DNA from: Eledone cirrhosa
Lineage: Eukaryota
Reading direction: 5' to 3'
Length of the DNA: 64,000 nt
Assembly (NCBI GenBank): GCA_964016885.1
Contig: OZ024744.1
Span: forward strand, 4,650,001-4,714,000
The notes under the pieces are model-generated. The model was not told the origin of the DNA. It did no database searches and was given only the letters and a program-made list of their open reading frames with translations. The position numbers and the translations under genes are program-made. Shown here piece after piece: positions 40,501 to 57,400 of the stretch. The stretch's first letter is position 1. Every line of letters begins with the position of its first letter.

Positions 40501-43500
40501 CACACTACACTACAATATATCACATCACACTACACTATATCACACCAGAATAGAGTATACCACACCACACTACACTAAATCACATCACACTACCATATAC
40601 CACACGTCACTACAATATGCCACACCACACTACAATATACCACACTACAATATATCAAACCACACTACAATATATCACACCACACAACAGTAAACTACAC
40701 CACACTACATTATACCACACCACACTAGACTATACCACACCACACTATAGTATATCCCACCACACTATACCATACCACACTACAATATATCACGCTACAC
40801 TACAATATATAACGCCACACTGCACTGTATCACACCACACAACACTATATCACACTACTATATATCACACCACACTGCAGTATATCACACCACACTACAA
40901 TATATAACACCACACTACAGTATATCAGACCACACTACACTCTACCACAGCACACTACCATATATCAAACCAGACTACATTATACCACACTACACTACAC
41001 TATGTTACACTACACTACACTACATCACATCACACTACTATATACCACACCACACTACGCTATATTACACTACACTACAATATACCACACCACACTACAA
41101 TATATCACACTACACTATATCACAACCTACTACACTATATCACATCACACTACAATATATCACATCACACTAAAAAATGTCACACCACACTACATTATAC
41201 CACACCACTCTACAATATACCACACTACAATATTGCACACGACACTACAATATATCACACAACATTACAATATACCACACCATACAATAATATAGCACAC
41301 CGCACTACAATATACTACACCACACTACTATATACCAGACCACAATACATTATTTCATTTCACACTACACTATCCCACACCACACTACAATATACCACCC
41401 CAAAGTACAGTATACCACACCTCATTACAGTATACCACACAACAATACACTTCAGTATAACACACTACACTATATCACAACCTACTACAATATATCACAT
41501 CACGCTAGACTATATCACATCGCTCTACAATATACCACACCACATTACAATATATAAAACCACACAACAATACATCACAACACACTACATTATACTACAC
41601 CGCACTACAACATACCACACCACATTAGAATATATCACACCACACTACAATATATCCCATCACACTATACCACACCACACTACGAAATATTATACCACAC
41701 TACACTATACCTCGCCACACTACAATATATCTGGCCAGACTGCACTATATCTATATCTGGCCACACTGCACTATATCGCACCACACTACAATATACCACA
41801 TCACATTACAATATACCACATCACACTACAATATACCACACCACACGACATTATATCACACTACTGTATATGACACCACACTACAGTATATCACACCTAA
41901 CTACAATATATAACACCACACTACAGTATATCACACCACACTACACTATACCACACCATACTACCATATATCACACCACACTACTCTATACCACACCACA
42001 CTACACTATATTACACTACACAACACTATATCACAAGACACTACAATATACCCCACCACACTAAACTACATTACACTACACTAACAATATACCACACCAC
42101 ACTACCATATATCAAACCACACTACACTATACCACACCACAGTACAATATATCACACCACACTACAATATATCACACCTCACTACAATATACCACACTAC
42201 ACTATATCACAACCTACTATAATATATCACGGGCATACTACATTGTATCACTTCACACTCCAATATGTCACACCACACTACACTATATCACACCTCACTA
42301 CAAGATACCACACCACACTACAATATATCACACCACACTACAATATATCACACCACACTACAATATACCACACCACAATACAATATAGCACACCACACTA
42401 CACTACACTATATCACACCACACAATAATATAGCACACCACACTACAATATACTACACCGCACTACAATATACCACACTACAACATACCAGACCACAATA
42501 CATTATTTCACATTACACTACACTATCCCACACCACACTACAATATACCACACCAACGTACAGTATGTCACACAGCACTACACTATATCACACCACACTA
42601 CAATATATTTCACCACAATACAATATACCACGCCACATTATAATACATCACACCAAACTACATTATTTCACATCACACTACTCTATCCCACATCACACTA
42701 CAATATAGCACACCACAATATTATATACCACATCACACTATACCAGACTACAATATATGACACCACACTACAATATAGCAGAGCACACTACATTATACCA
42801 CACCACACTATTATATACCACATCACACTAAACTATACCGCACCAGGATACAATATGCTACACAGCACTACGCTATACCACACCACACTACAATTTATCA
42901 CACCCCACTACAATATACTACACCACACTACACTATACCACACCACACTACAATATACCACGCTCATTACAATATATCCCACCACACTACAATATACCAC
43001 TCCACACTAAACTATATCAAACTAGACTACAGTATACCACACCACACTATACTATACCACACCACACTACACTATATCACACCACACTACAATATATCCC
43101 ACAACGCTACAATATATCAAACGACACTACAATATATCACATCACACTACACTATATCACACCACACTACAGTGTACCGCACCACACTACGCTATATCAC
43201 ATCACACTACCATATATCACACACCATTACAATATGCCACACCACACTACAATATACCACACCACACTACAATATATTAAACCACACTACAATATATCAC
43301 ACCACACAACAGTATACTACACCACACTACATTATACCGCACGACACTAGACTATACCACACCACACTACAGTATATCCCACCACACTATACCATACCAC
43401 ACTACAATATATCACACTACACTACAATATATAACGCCACACTGCACTATATCACACCACACCACAATATACCACATCACACTACAATATACCGCATCAC

Positions 43501-44479
43501 ACTACAATATACAACACCACACAACACTATATCACAATACTATATATCACACCACACTACAGTATATCACACCACACTACAATATATAACACCATGCTAC
43601 AGTATATCAGACCACACTACACTCTACCACACCACACTACATATAACACACCACACTACATTATACCACACTACACTACATTATATTACACTACACTACA
43701 CTATATCACATCACACTACAATATACCACACCACACTACGCTATATTACACTACACTACAATATACCACACCACACTACCATATATCAAACCACACTACA
43801 CTATATCACACCACACTACAATATATCACACTACACTATAATCACAACCTACTACAATATATCACATCACACTACACTATATCACATCACACTAAAAAAT
43901 GTCACACCACACTACATTATACCACAACACACTACAATATACCACACTACAATATTGCACACCACACTACAATATATCACAGCACATTACAATATACCAC
44001 ACCATACAATAATATAGCACACCACACTACAATATACTACACCACACTACAATATACCACACTACAATATACCAGACCACAATACATTATTTCATTTCAC
44101 ACTACACTATCCCACACCACACTACAATATACCACCCCAAAGTACAGTATACCACACCACATTACAGTATACCACACAACACTACAATATATCACACCAC
44201 ACTACAATATACCACACTACGCTATATCACAACCTACTACAATATATCACATCTCACTAGACTATATCACATCACTCTACAATATATCACACGGCACTAC
44301 ATTATACCATACTACACTACAGTATACCGAACAAAACTAGACTCTATCACACCACACTACAATATACCACATCACACTACATTATACCACACCACACTAG
44401 TATATACCACATCACACTACACAATACCGCACCAGGATACAATATACTACACATACTACAATATACTACATATACTACA
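34575..44479. repeat. Degenerate pentamer-based satellite (CACCA-CACTA-CAATA-TACCA/TATCA, ~20-bp unit), left block
   Basis: Continuous G-poor repeat. It produces the HHTTIY / TTLQY / TPHYN pseudo-ORFs. Confidence 0.97.
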
Positions 44480-47400
44480 ATATACTACTATAAATCTTGT
44501 TACAGGGGACTAAACCCAGAATTTGTCTCCTATTATTGATTGTCGCTTCTTCAGTTTTCTTCTACGAAATGTAACGGAAATATTTCATTTTCTTCTCAAC
44601 TCTCCACATTCGGTTCATTCATCTATATATCTTACAATCCCCCAGAATCTAAAAATCGTATTCAAAATTGGCTTTCTATAATTCTGTTCTGTCTCACCGT
44701 TGTTCTAAAAATAATTCTGCTCCTCGCAAACTACCCATACCCCTCCCACCCGCCCCCACTCTCCACCTTATTATTTGGACCAATCACAAGTAAACGACCT
44801 ATGCTAGCACTCCTGGTTGCTTTTTCGATATGATGGATGAACTAGGGAATTTCTGGAGTGTCAGAAGAATCTGGACACCCGAAGACAATGCAAAAGATAA
44901 CGACAAATTCACCTCATGCTGCCGGACGAAAGGGCAAAGCCCCACCCTCTTTGTTGCGGCCGCGGATGGCCAACATACCCCCAACCCCATCAACCTCACC
45001 CCACCCTGCACCCCACCCACCAAACGCAATCCAAAACTTCAGAGTTGGTACCATGAATGTAGGGACCTTAAAAGGTCGCTCAAACGAGGTTGTAGAAATG
45101 CTTGAACGTAAGGAGGTTGATGTCTGCTGCATCCAAGAGACCAGGTGGAGGCGCGGGTCTGCTAGATTCATTGTGGGTAAAAAACGATGCTTTTAGCTTT
45201 TCTGGGTGGGAAATGACAATGGGCTGGGTGGGGTAGGAATCATGTTAGCAGAAAAATGGGTGGATAAGATAATAGACGTAAATAGAGTAAACGACAGAAT
45301 AATTAAAATAAGACTTGTTCTAAATAGAACTACTGTGACGATAATAACTGCGTATGCGCCCCAATCCGGACTGCCTGGCGCTATAAAAGGCACTTTCGAT
45401 GAGACACTGATGCTCACTACCTCCCAAATAACCGACAGTGACTATATAATTATTGCTGGCGACCTAAATGGTCACGTTGGACAACATTGTGACGGCTATG
45501 ATGAAATCCATGGAGGCTATGTGTTTGGTACTAGAAATGAGGAAGGCTCCAGAATCCTGGAATTCTGTGACGAAAATAACATAACAATCTGTAACACTAA
45601 CTTCAAAAAATGAGACAATCACTTGATCACCTACAGATCAGGGGAACATACCAGCCAGGTAGATTATATCCTTACCAGAAGACGTGACAGAGTGACTGTT
45701 GTAAACACTAAATCCCTCCCCCATGAAGAATGCACTTCCCAACATAGACTGATAATTAGCGACCTCGAGACGTACTCGACAGCAGAAGAGGACTATCCTC
45801 AGGAGAAAAATATGGAAGCTAAAGGACCCCACAGCCAGAAATAAATTTCAAAGCATATTACTTGATGCTTTCGACAGTAAGGAAGAGCATTTAGAGTCGG
45901 ACAATATAGAGGGACAGTGGGAATTCCTGAAAGCAAACCTGCTAATGGCGGCAGACGAAGTCTGTGGCCGGAGCAGGCCTATAGGCAGGAGGAGAGTAAC
46001 GTGGTGGTGGAACAGTAAGGTGGAGGAGTCGATTAAGGCCAAAAAGCAGGCTTGGAAAGTATGGCGGGATGGGGGAAGTAGAGAAGACTATCAAGTGGCC
46101 AGGAGAGAAGCTAGGAGACAAGTGTACTTCGCAAGAAGGGAAGCAGAGGAAATAAAGTTCAAGCATTTTCTACAACGCGAGGACCAAAAACGTGAGGTGT
46201 TCAGGATTGCTAGGCAATGTGTCAAGGAAAACCGTGATATTGTTGGGGAGAAGTGTGTACTAAATGATGATGGCGTACTCGCCATCACTGACGCTGATAA
46301 GAAGGTCGCTTGGAAGTGTCACTACGAGAGGCTACTAAATGAGGAGAATAAATGGGAGAAGGATAGTCTCCCCCAGATCGATCCAATAGAGGGACCAGCA
46401 GTGTTAGTTGAAGGTAGTATAATAAGTAAGGCAATCAAAGATATGAAGACGGGTAAGGCGGTTGGGCCTTCGGAAATAGTTGCTGAGATGCTGAAGGCCT
46501 CTGGAACGGTGGGACACACCATGGTCACCCGGATAGTAAACCAAGTCATACAGAATGGGGTTGTTCCGAAGGACTGGCGTAGCAGCATCATCATTAACTG
46601 TTACAAGGGTAAAGGAGACGCCCTAGATAGGAGTAACTATAGAGGCATTAAATTAATCGACCAGGTCATGAAGGTCACGGAAAAAGTAATAGTGCAACTA
46701 ATCAGAGAGAGAATCGATCTAGATGAAATGCAGTTCGCGTTTGTGTCAGGCAAAAGTACCACAGACGCTCTTTTCATTGTACGACAACTACAGGAGAAGT
46801 ACCTAGCTAAAAGTAAACCCCTATACTTAGCTTTTGTCGACTTGGAGAAAGCCTTCAACAGAGTCCCCCGTTCCATTATCTGGTGGGCTCTTAGAAAACT
46901 AGGTGTTGACGAATGGCTTGTGAGAGCTATACAAGCCATGTATAAAGAAACAGTGAGCAAGGTTAGAATTAACAACGAATATAGTGAAGAGTTTAGCGTA
47001 AAAGTTGGTGTCCATAAGGGCTTTGTTCTTATCCCCCTACTATTTATGATTGCCTTTCAGGCTATAACAGAGGAGTTCAAGACCGGCTGCCCATGGGAAC
47101 TCCTATACGCAGATGATCTAACACTCATAGCTGAATCAATGGCCGAGCTATAGAAGAAATTCCAAACATGGAAGCACGGCCTAGAATCAAAAGGCCTTAA
47201 AATTAACCTGGCTAAGACTAAAGTTCTAGTTTGTAGGAAAGAAAATAAGTCGCCGGGCCCTTCCGGGAAATGTCCATGCTCAGTGTGTAGGAAAGGCGTA
47301 GGTAGAAACTCCATTTTATGTCCCAAATGCAAAGTATGGGTGCATAAAAGATGTAGTGGGATCACAGGTAAGCTAACTAAGAACACAGAGTTTACATGTG

Positions 47401-48455
47401 GCCGGTGTTCTGGTGCAATAAGTAGCAGCAAGTGCCCACAAAATACTAGCTCTTTCAATTGCGCAGAGGGTTCTATAGAAATAGTGGACAGCTTCCGTTA
47501 CCTGGGTGACAAAATCAGCAGTGGGGGAGGGTGCTCGGAAAGTACAGTAGCTAGAGTCAGAACTGGATGGAAAAAGTTCAGAGAGCTTATACCACTATTA
47601 GCCGCTAAAGGGTTCTCCCTAAAAATGAAAAGCAGGTTGTATGATGCCTGCATACGAACAGCAATGTTGCATGGCAGTGAGACCTGGGCATTGTGTGCAG
47701 AGGATATACGCAGACTAGAGAGGAACGAAGCTTGCATGCTCCGCTGGATGTGTAATAGTAATATACGTGAACGGCAAAGCATAAACGAACTAAGGAAAAA
47801 ATTAGAAATAAGAGGATTCAGATGTTGTTTACTCGAGAGAAGGCTACGTTGGTATGATCACGTGATGCGCATGAAAGAAGCCAGCTGTATAGCAAAGTGC
47901 AGGGCAATAAAGATAGACGGTAGCCACGGAGTAGGCAGACCGAGAAAAACCTGGGACGAGCTGATAAATTCCCACCTCACACACTTACAACTCTCCAAGA
48001 CAATGTCAGTGGACCGAGACCTTTGGCGGTACTCAGTAATAAAAAAGACCCGCCTTACCTAAATACAAAGTTAAACCTACTACAGTCAGTAGGCATCTCT
48101 AACAAAATACACCCCCGTCCCCCCACCCCCACCCCATCCACACCGCCCCTTTCAATGTAAAGTTATGTTGGTGCCACAAAATCCAGGCCGAAACAAATGA
48201 GATCGTGTAGGTGTCACGCAAACAAAAAAAAACAGTCCACACTGTAAATGTGGCCGTGTAGGCAAAACGGTAAAAACCTCCCAGCCCCACACTGTAAATG
48301 TGGCTGGTGTTAGGAAGGGCATCCAACTGTAGAAAACCCGCCAGAGAGTCCTATGCGAGCAAGACAACCACTCTTGCCTCATGTGGGAAAGCTCCCGTCC
48401 AAACCCATGCAAGCGTCGAACATGGACGTTAAACGATGATGATGATGATGATGAT
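44480..48455 (+). mobile_element. Near full-length but disabled RTE-clade LINE (APE endonuclease, RT, Cys/His-rich insertion) with (GAT)n tail
   Basis: FRVGTMNVGTL, CCIQETRW, GVGIML, AYAPQ, AGDLNGHVG, SQVDYIL, NYRGIKL, AFVDLEKAFNRV, LLYADDL, FRYLG, HGSETW, GRPRKTW. Stops at 45194, 45611 and 47151, and a frameshift near 45775. The 3' end is GGACGTTAAAC(GAT)n. Confidence 0.95.
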
Positions 48456-51400
48456 AAACAGCACTACGCTATACCACATCACACTTCACTTTATCACACC
48501 CCACTGCAATATACTACACAACAAAATACAATATACCACACCTCACTACAATATACCACACCACATAACAATATATCCCACCACACTACAATATACCACT
48601 CCACACTACACTATATCAAACTACACTACTGTATACCACACCACACTACAATATATCACACAACACTACACTATATCACACCACACTACAATAAATCCCA
48701 CCACGCTACAATATATCACACTACATTACAATATATCACATCACACTACACTATATCACACCACACTACAATATATAACACCACACTGCACTATATCACA
48801 CCACACTACAATATACCACATCACACTACAATATACCGCATCACACTACAATATACCACACCACACAACACTATATCACACTTCTATATATCACACCACA
48901 CTATAGTATATCCAGCACTCTTAAATATATAACACCACACTACAGTATATCACACCACACTACACTATACCACACTACACTATATTACACTACACTACAC
49001 TATATCACAACACAAAACAATATCCACACCACACTACAAAATATCGCACAACACTAAACATTACCACACTACACTATATCACAACATACTACGATATATC
49101 ACATCACACTACATTGTATCTCACCACACTACAATATACCAGACAACACTGGGCTATGCCACACCACACTGCTCTTTATCACACCAGACTACAATATACT
49201 ACACCACACTACAATATATCACACCACACTACACTATACCACACCACACAATAATATAGCACACCACACTACAATATACCATACTACCATATACCAAACC
49301 ACACTACACTATGCCACACCACACTACAATATACCAGCCAACACTGGGATATGTCACACGGCACTACTCTTTGTCACACCGGATTACAATATACTACACC
49401 ACAATACAATATACCACTCCACACTACACTATATCGAAATCACACTTCACTAAACCACACCACACTACAATATATCACACCACACTATAATATATCACAC
49501 CAAACTACAATATACCACACCAGACTACAATATATCAAACCACATAACATTATATCTCACCCCACTACAATATATCCCACCAGGCTACAATATATCACAC
49601 TACACTACAATATATCACATCACACTACACTATATCACACCACACTACAGTATACCACATCACATTACACTATATCACATCACACTACCATATACCACAC
49701 ATCACTACAATATGCCACACCACACTACAATATACCACACCACACTACAATATATCAAACCACACTACAATATATCACACCACACTACAGTATACTACAC
49801 AACACTATATTATACCACACCACGCTAGACTTTGCCACACCACACTACAGTATAACCCACCACACTATAACATACCACCACACTACACTATATTACACTA
49901 CACTACACTATATCACATCACACTACAATGTATCTCACTATATATATCACAACCTACTACAATATATCATATCACACTACAATATATCACATCACACTAA
50001 AAAATGTCACACCACACTACATTATACCACACCACACTACAATATACCACACTACAATATTCCACACGACACTACAATATACCACACCACATTGCAACAT
50101 ATCCCACCACACTACAATATACAACTCCACACTACACTATATCAAAATACACTACTGTATACCACACCACACTACAATATATCACACAACACTACACTAT
50201 ATCACACCACACTACAATAAATCCCACCACGCTACAATATATCACACTACACTACAATATATGACATCACACTACACTATATCACACCACACTACAATAT
50301 ATAACACCACACTGCACCATATCACACCACACTACAATATACCACATCACACTACAATATACCGCATCACACTACAATATACCACACCACACTACAATAT
50401 ACCACACCACACAACATTATATCACACTACTATATATCACACCGCACTACAGTATATCACACCACACTACACAATACACACCACACTACACTATAATACA
50501 CTACACAACATTATATCACAAAACACAACAATATCAACACCACCCTACAATATATCACACTACACTATATCACAACCTACTACAATATATCACACCACAC
50601 TACAATATATCACATCACACTAAAAAATGTCACACCACACTATATTATACCACACCACACTACAATATACTACACTACAATATTCCACACCACACTACAA
50701 TATCTCACACCACATTACAATATACCACACCATACAATAATATAGCACACCGCACTACAATATACTACACCACACTACAATATACCACACTACAATATAC
50801 CAACCCAAAGTACAGTATACCACACCACACTACAGTATACCACACGACACTACAATATATCACACTACACTACAATATATAACACCACACTGCACTATAT
50901 CAGACCACACTACAATATATAACACCACACTAAAGTATATCAGACCACACTACACTCTACCACACCACACTACAGTATATAACACCACACTACACTATAC
51001 CACACCACACTACACTATATTACACTACACTACACTATATCACAACACACTACAATATCCACACCACACTACAATATATCACACAACACTAAACTATACC
51101 ACACTACACTATATCACAACCTACTACAATATATCACATCACACTACAATATATCACACCACATTACAATATACCACACCACACTACAATATATCACACC
51201 ACACTACAACATACCACAGTACAACATACCAGACCACAATACATTATTTCACATAACACTAAACTATCCCACACCGCACTACAGTATACCACACCAAAGT
51301 ACAGAATACCACATAACACTACATTATATCAAAGCACACTACAATATATCTCACCACAATACAATATACCACTCCACATTATAATACATCACACCAAACT

Positions 51401-54400
51401 ACATTATTTCACATCACACTACTCTATCCCACATCACACTACAATATAGCACACCAAAATATTATTTACCACATCACACTATACCAGACTAAATTATATG
51501 ACACCACACTACAATATACCACAGCACACTACATTATACCACACCACATTATTATATACCACATCACATTAAACTATACCGCACCAGGATACGATATACT
51601 ACACAGCACTACGCTATACCACACCACACTACAATTTGTCACACCCCACTACAATATACTACACCCCACTACAATATACCACACCACACTACAATATACC
51701 ACATCACAGTACACTATATCACACCGCACTACAGTATACCACACCACATTACACTATACCATATCACAATACCATATATCACACATCATTACAATATACC
51801 GCATCACACTACAATATACCACACCACACAACACTATATCACACTACTATATATCACACCACACTACAGTATATCACACCACACTACAATATATAACACT
51901 ACACTACAGTATATCAGACCACACTACACTCTACCACACCACACTACCATATATCACACCACACTACATTATACCACACCACACTACACTATATTACACT
52001 ACACTACACTATATCACATCACACTACAATATACCACACCACACCATTCTATATTACACTACAATATACCACACCACATTACCATATATGAAACCACACT
52101 ACACTATATTACACCACACTACAATATATCACACTACACTATATCACAACCTACTACAATATATCACATCACACTACAATATATCACATCACACTAAAAA
52201 TGTCACAGCACACTACATTATACCAAACCACACTACAATATACCACTCCACACTACACTATATCAAACTACACTACTGTATACCGCACTACACTACAATA
52301 TATCACACAACACTACAATATATCACACAACACTACACTATATCACACCACACTACAATAAATCCCACCAGGCTACAATATATCACACTACACTACACTA
52401 CATCGCATCACACTACACTATATCACACCACACTACAATATATAACACCACACTGCACTATATCAAGCCACACTACAATATACCACACCACACTACAATA
52501 TACCACACCACACTACACTATACCATTCCACACTACGCTATAACAAACTACACTACTGTATACCACACTACACTACAATATATCACACAACACTACAATA
52601 TATCACACAACACTACACTATATCACACCACACTGCAATATATCCCACCACGCTACAATATATTACACTACACTACACTATATCACATCACACTGCACTA
52701 TATCATACCACACTACAATATACCACATCACACTACAATATACCGCATCACACTACAATATAGCACACCACACAACACTATATCACACTACCATATATCA
52801 CACCACACTCCAATATATCACACCACACTTAAATATATTACACCACACTACATTATATCACACCACACTACACTATGCCACACCAGACAACACTATACCA
52901 CACCACACTAGTATATACCACATCACACTACACTATACCGCACCAGGATACAATATACTACACAGCACTACGATATACCACATCACACTACACTTTATCA
53001 CGTCCCACTACAATATACTACACAACACTACAATATACCACACCACACTACAATATACCACACCACATTACAATATATCACACCACACTACAATATACCA
53101 CTCCACACTACATTATATCAAACTACACTACTGTTTACCACACCACACTACAATATATCACACAACACTACACAATATCACACCACACTACACTATATAA
53201 CACCACACTACTATATACCACATCACACTACTATATACCGCATCACACTACAATATACCACACCACACAACACTATATCACACTACTATATATCACACCA
53301 CACTACAGTATATCACACCGCACTACACTGTACCACACGACACTACACTATATTACACTACACTACACTATATCACACAACGCTAAACATCACCACACTA
53401 CACTATATCACAACCTACTACAATGTATCACATCACACTACATTGTATCACATCCACACTCCAATATATCACACCACACTACACTCTATCACACCACAAT
53501 ACAAGATACCAAACCACATTACACTATATCACATCACACTACCAAATGTCACATCACACTACATTATACCACACCACTCTACAATATGCCACATCACACT
53601 GCACTATGCCACACCACACGACAATATACCAGACAACACTGGGCTATGCCACATCACACTACACTTTATCACACCAGCCTACAATATACTACACCACACT
53701 ACAATATATCACACCACACTACACTATACCACACCACACAATAATATAGCACACCACACTACAATATACCATACTACAATATACCAGACCACACTAGCCT
53801 ATGCCACACCACACTACAATATACCAGCCAAAACTGGGATATGTCACACAGCACTACTCTTTATCACACCAGACTACAATATACTACACCACACTACAAT
53901 ATACCACTCCACACTACAGTATATCGAAATCACACTTCACTATACCACACCACACTACAATATATCACACCAGACTACAATATATCACACCACACTACAA
54001 TATACCACACCACATTACAATATATCACACCACATTACACTATATCACACCCCACTACAATATATCCCACCACGCTACAATATATCACACTGCACTACAA
54101 TATATCACATCACACTACACTATATCACACCACACTACAGTATACCACACCACACTACAATATATCACATCACACTACCATATACCACACATCACTACAA
54201 TATGCCACACCACACTACAATGTACCACACCACACTACAATATATCAAACCACACTACAATATATCACACCACACTACAGTATACTACACCACACTATAT
54301 TATACCACACCACACCAGACTACCACACCACACTACAGTATATCCCACCACACTGTACAATACCACACTACAATATATCACACTAGACTACAATATACCA

Positions 54401-57400
54401 CATCACTCTACAATATACAGCATCACACTACAATATACCACACCACACAAGACTATATCACACTACTATATATCACACCACACTACAGTAAATCACACAT
54501 CACTGCAATATATAACACCACACTACAGTATATCAGACCACACTACACTCTACCACACCACATTACCATATATCACACCACACAACATTATAAAACACCA
54601 ACATTACACTATATTACACTTCACTACATTATATCACATCACACTACAATATACCACACCACACTACGCTATATTACACTACACTACAATATACCACACC
54701 ACTCTACCATATATCAAACCACACTACCTTATATCACAACACACTACAATATATCTCACTACACTATATCACAACCTACTACAATATATCACATCACACT
54801 AAAACATCTCACAGCACACTACATTATACCACACCACACTACATTATACCACACCATACTACAATATACAACACCACACTACAATATATCACACCACATT
54901 ACACTATACCATATCATACAATAATATAGCACACCACACTACAATATACTACACCACACTGCAATATACCTCACTACAATATACCAGACCACAATACATT
55001 AGTTCATTTCACACTACACTATCCCACACCACACTACAATATAGCACCCCAAAGTACAGTATACCACACCACATAACAGTATGCCACACAACACTACAAT
55101 ACACAACACAACACTATATCACAACCTACTACAATATATCACATCACACTGGGCTATATCACATCACTCTACAAATATCACACCGCACTACAATATACCA
55201 CACATCACTACAATATACCGAACAATACTAGACTCTATCACACCACACTACAATATATTACACCACACTTAAATATATTACACCACACTACAGTATATCA
55301 CACCACACTACACTATGCCACACCACACTACCGTATACCACACCACACTAATATATACCACATCACACTACACTATACCGCACCTGGATACAATATACTA
55401 CACAGCACTGCGCTATACCACATCACACTACACTTTATCACATACCACTACAATATACTACACACCACTACAATATACCACACCACACTAAACCATATTA
55501 CACTAGAATATACCACACCACAGTACAATATATCACATCACACTACACTATATCACACTACTGTATACCACATCACACTACAATATACCGTACAATACTA
55601 GACTCTATCACACCACACTACAATATAGCCCAGCACACTACAATATACCACATCACACCACATTATACCACACAACACTACATTATACCACACAACACTA
55701 CATTATACCACACGGCACTATTATATACCATATCACACTACATTATACCGCACCAGGATACAATATACTACACAGCATTACGCTATACCACACCACACTA
55801 CACTTTATCACACCCCCACTACAATAAACTACACCACACTACAATTTACCACACCACACTACAATATAACACACCACATTACAATATATCCCACTACACT
55901 ACAATATACCAATCCACACTACACTATATCAAACTACACTACAGTATACCACACCACACTACAATATATCACACCACACTACGATATTGCACACCACACT
56001 ACAATATATCACATCACACTACCAAATACCACACACCATTACAATATGCCACACCAGACTACAATATACCAAACGACACTACAATATATCAAACCATATT
56101 ACAATATATCACACCACACTAGGGAATACTACACCGCACTACAATATACCACACTACACTAGACTATACCACACCACACTACAGTATATCCCACCACACT
56201 ATGCCATACCACACTACAATATATCATAACACACTACAATATACCAAATCACACTACACTATACCACACCACACAACACTATATGACACTACTACATATC
56301 ACACCACACTACAGTATATCACACCACACTACTATATATAACACCACACTACAGTATATCACACCACACTACGCTATACCACACCACACTACCATATACC
56401 ACACATCACTTCAATATGCCACACCATGCTACAATATACCAGACCCCACTACAGTATATCACACCACACTACACTATATTACACTACACTACACTCTATC
56501 ACAAACACATTACAATATACCACACCACACTGAACTAAATTACACTTCACTATACCACACCACAGAACAATATATCACACCACACTACAATATATCACAC
56601 CACACTACAATATATACACCACCCTACAATATATTACACCACACTATAAAATACTACACCACAATAAAATATACCACACTACAATATACCAGATCACAAT
56701 ACTTTATTTCACACAACATTAAACAATCCTCACCACACTACAATATACCACACCACACTATTATATACCATATGACACTACACTATGCCGCACCAGGATA
56801 CAATATACTACACAGCACTACGCTATACCACACCACACTACTCTTTATCACACCCCACTACAATATACTACACCACACTACAATATACTACATCAGACTA
56901 CAATATAACACACCACATTACAATATATCCCACCGCACTACAATATACCACTCCACACTACACTATATCAAACTACACTACAGTATACTACACCACACTA
57001 CAATATATCACACCACACTACAACATATCAAACTACACTACTATATATCACACCACATTTCAGTATACTACACCGCACTGCGATATACCACATCAGACTA
57101 GACTTTACCACACCACACTACTATATATCACACCACACTACAGTATATCACACCACACTACAATATATAACACCACACTGCAGTATATCACACCACACTA
57201 CACTTTACCACACCACACGACAGTATATCATACCGCACTACACTATATTTCAATACACTACACTATATCACAACACACTACAATATACCACACCACACTA
57301 AACTATATTACACTAGACTATACCACACCACAGTACAATATATCACATCACACTACACTATATATCACTACAGTATACCACACCACACTACAATATACCG

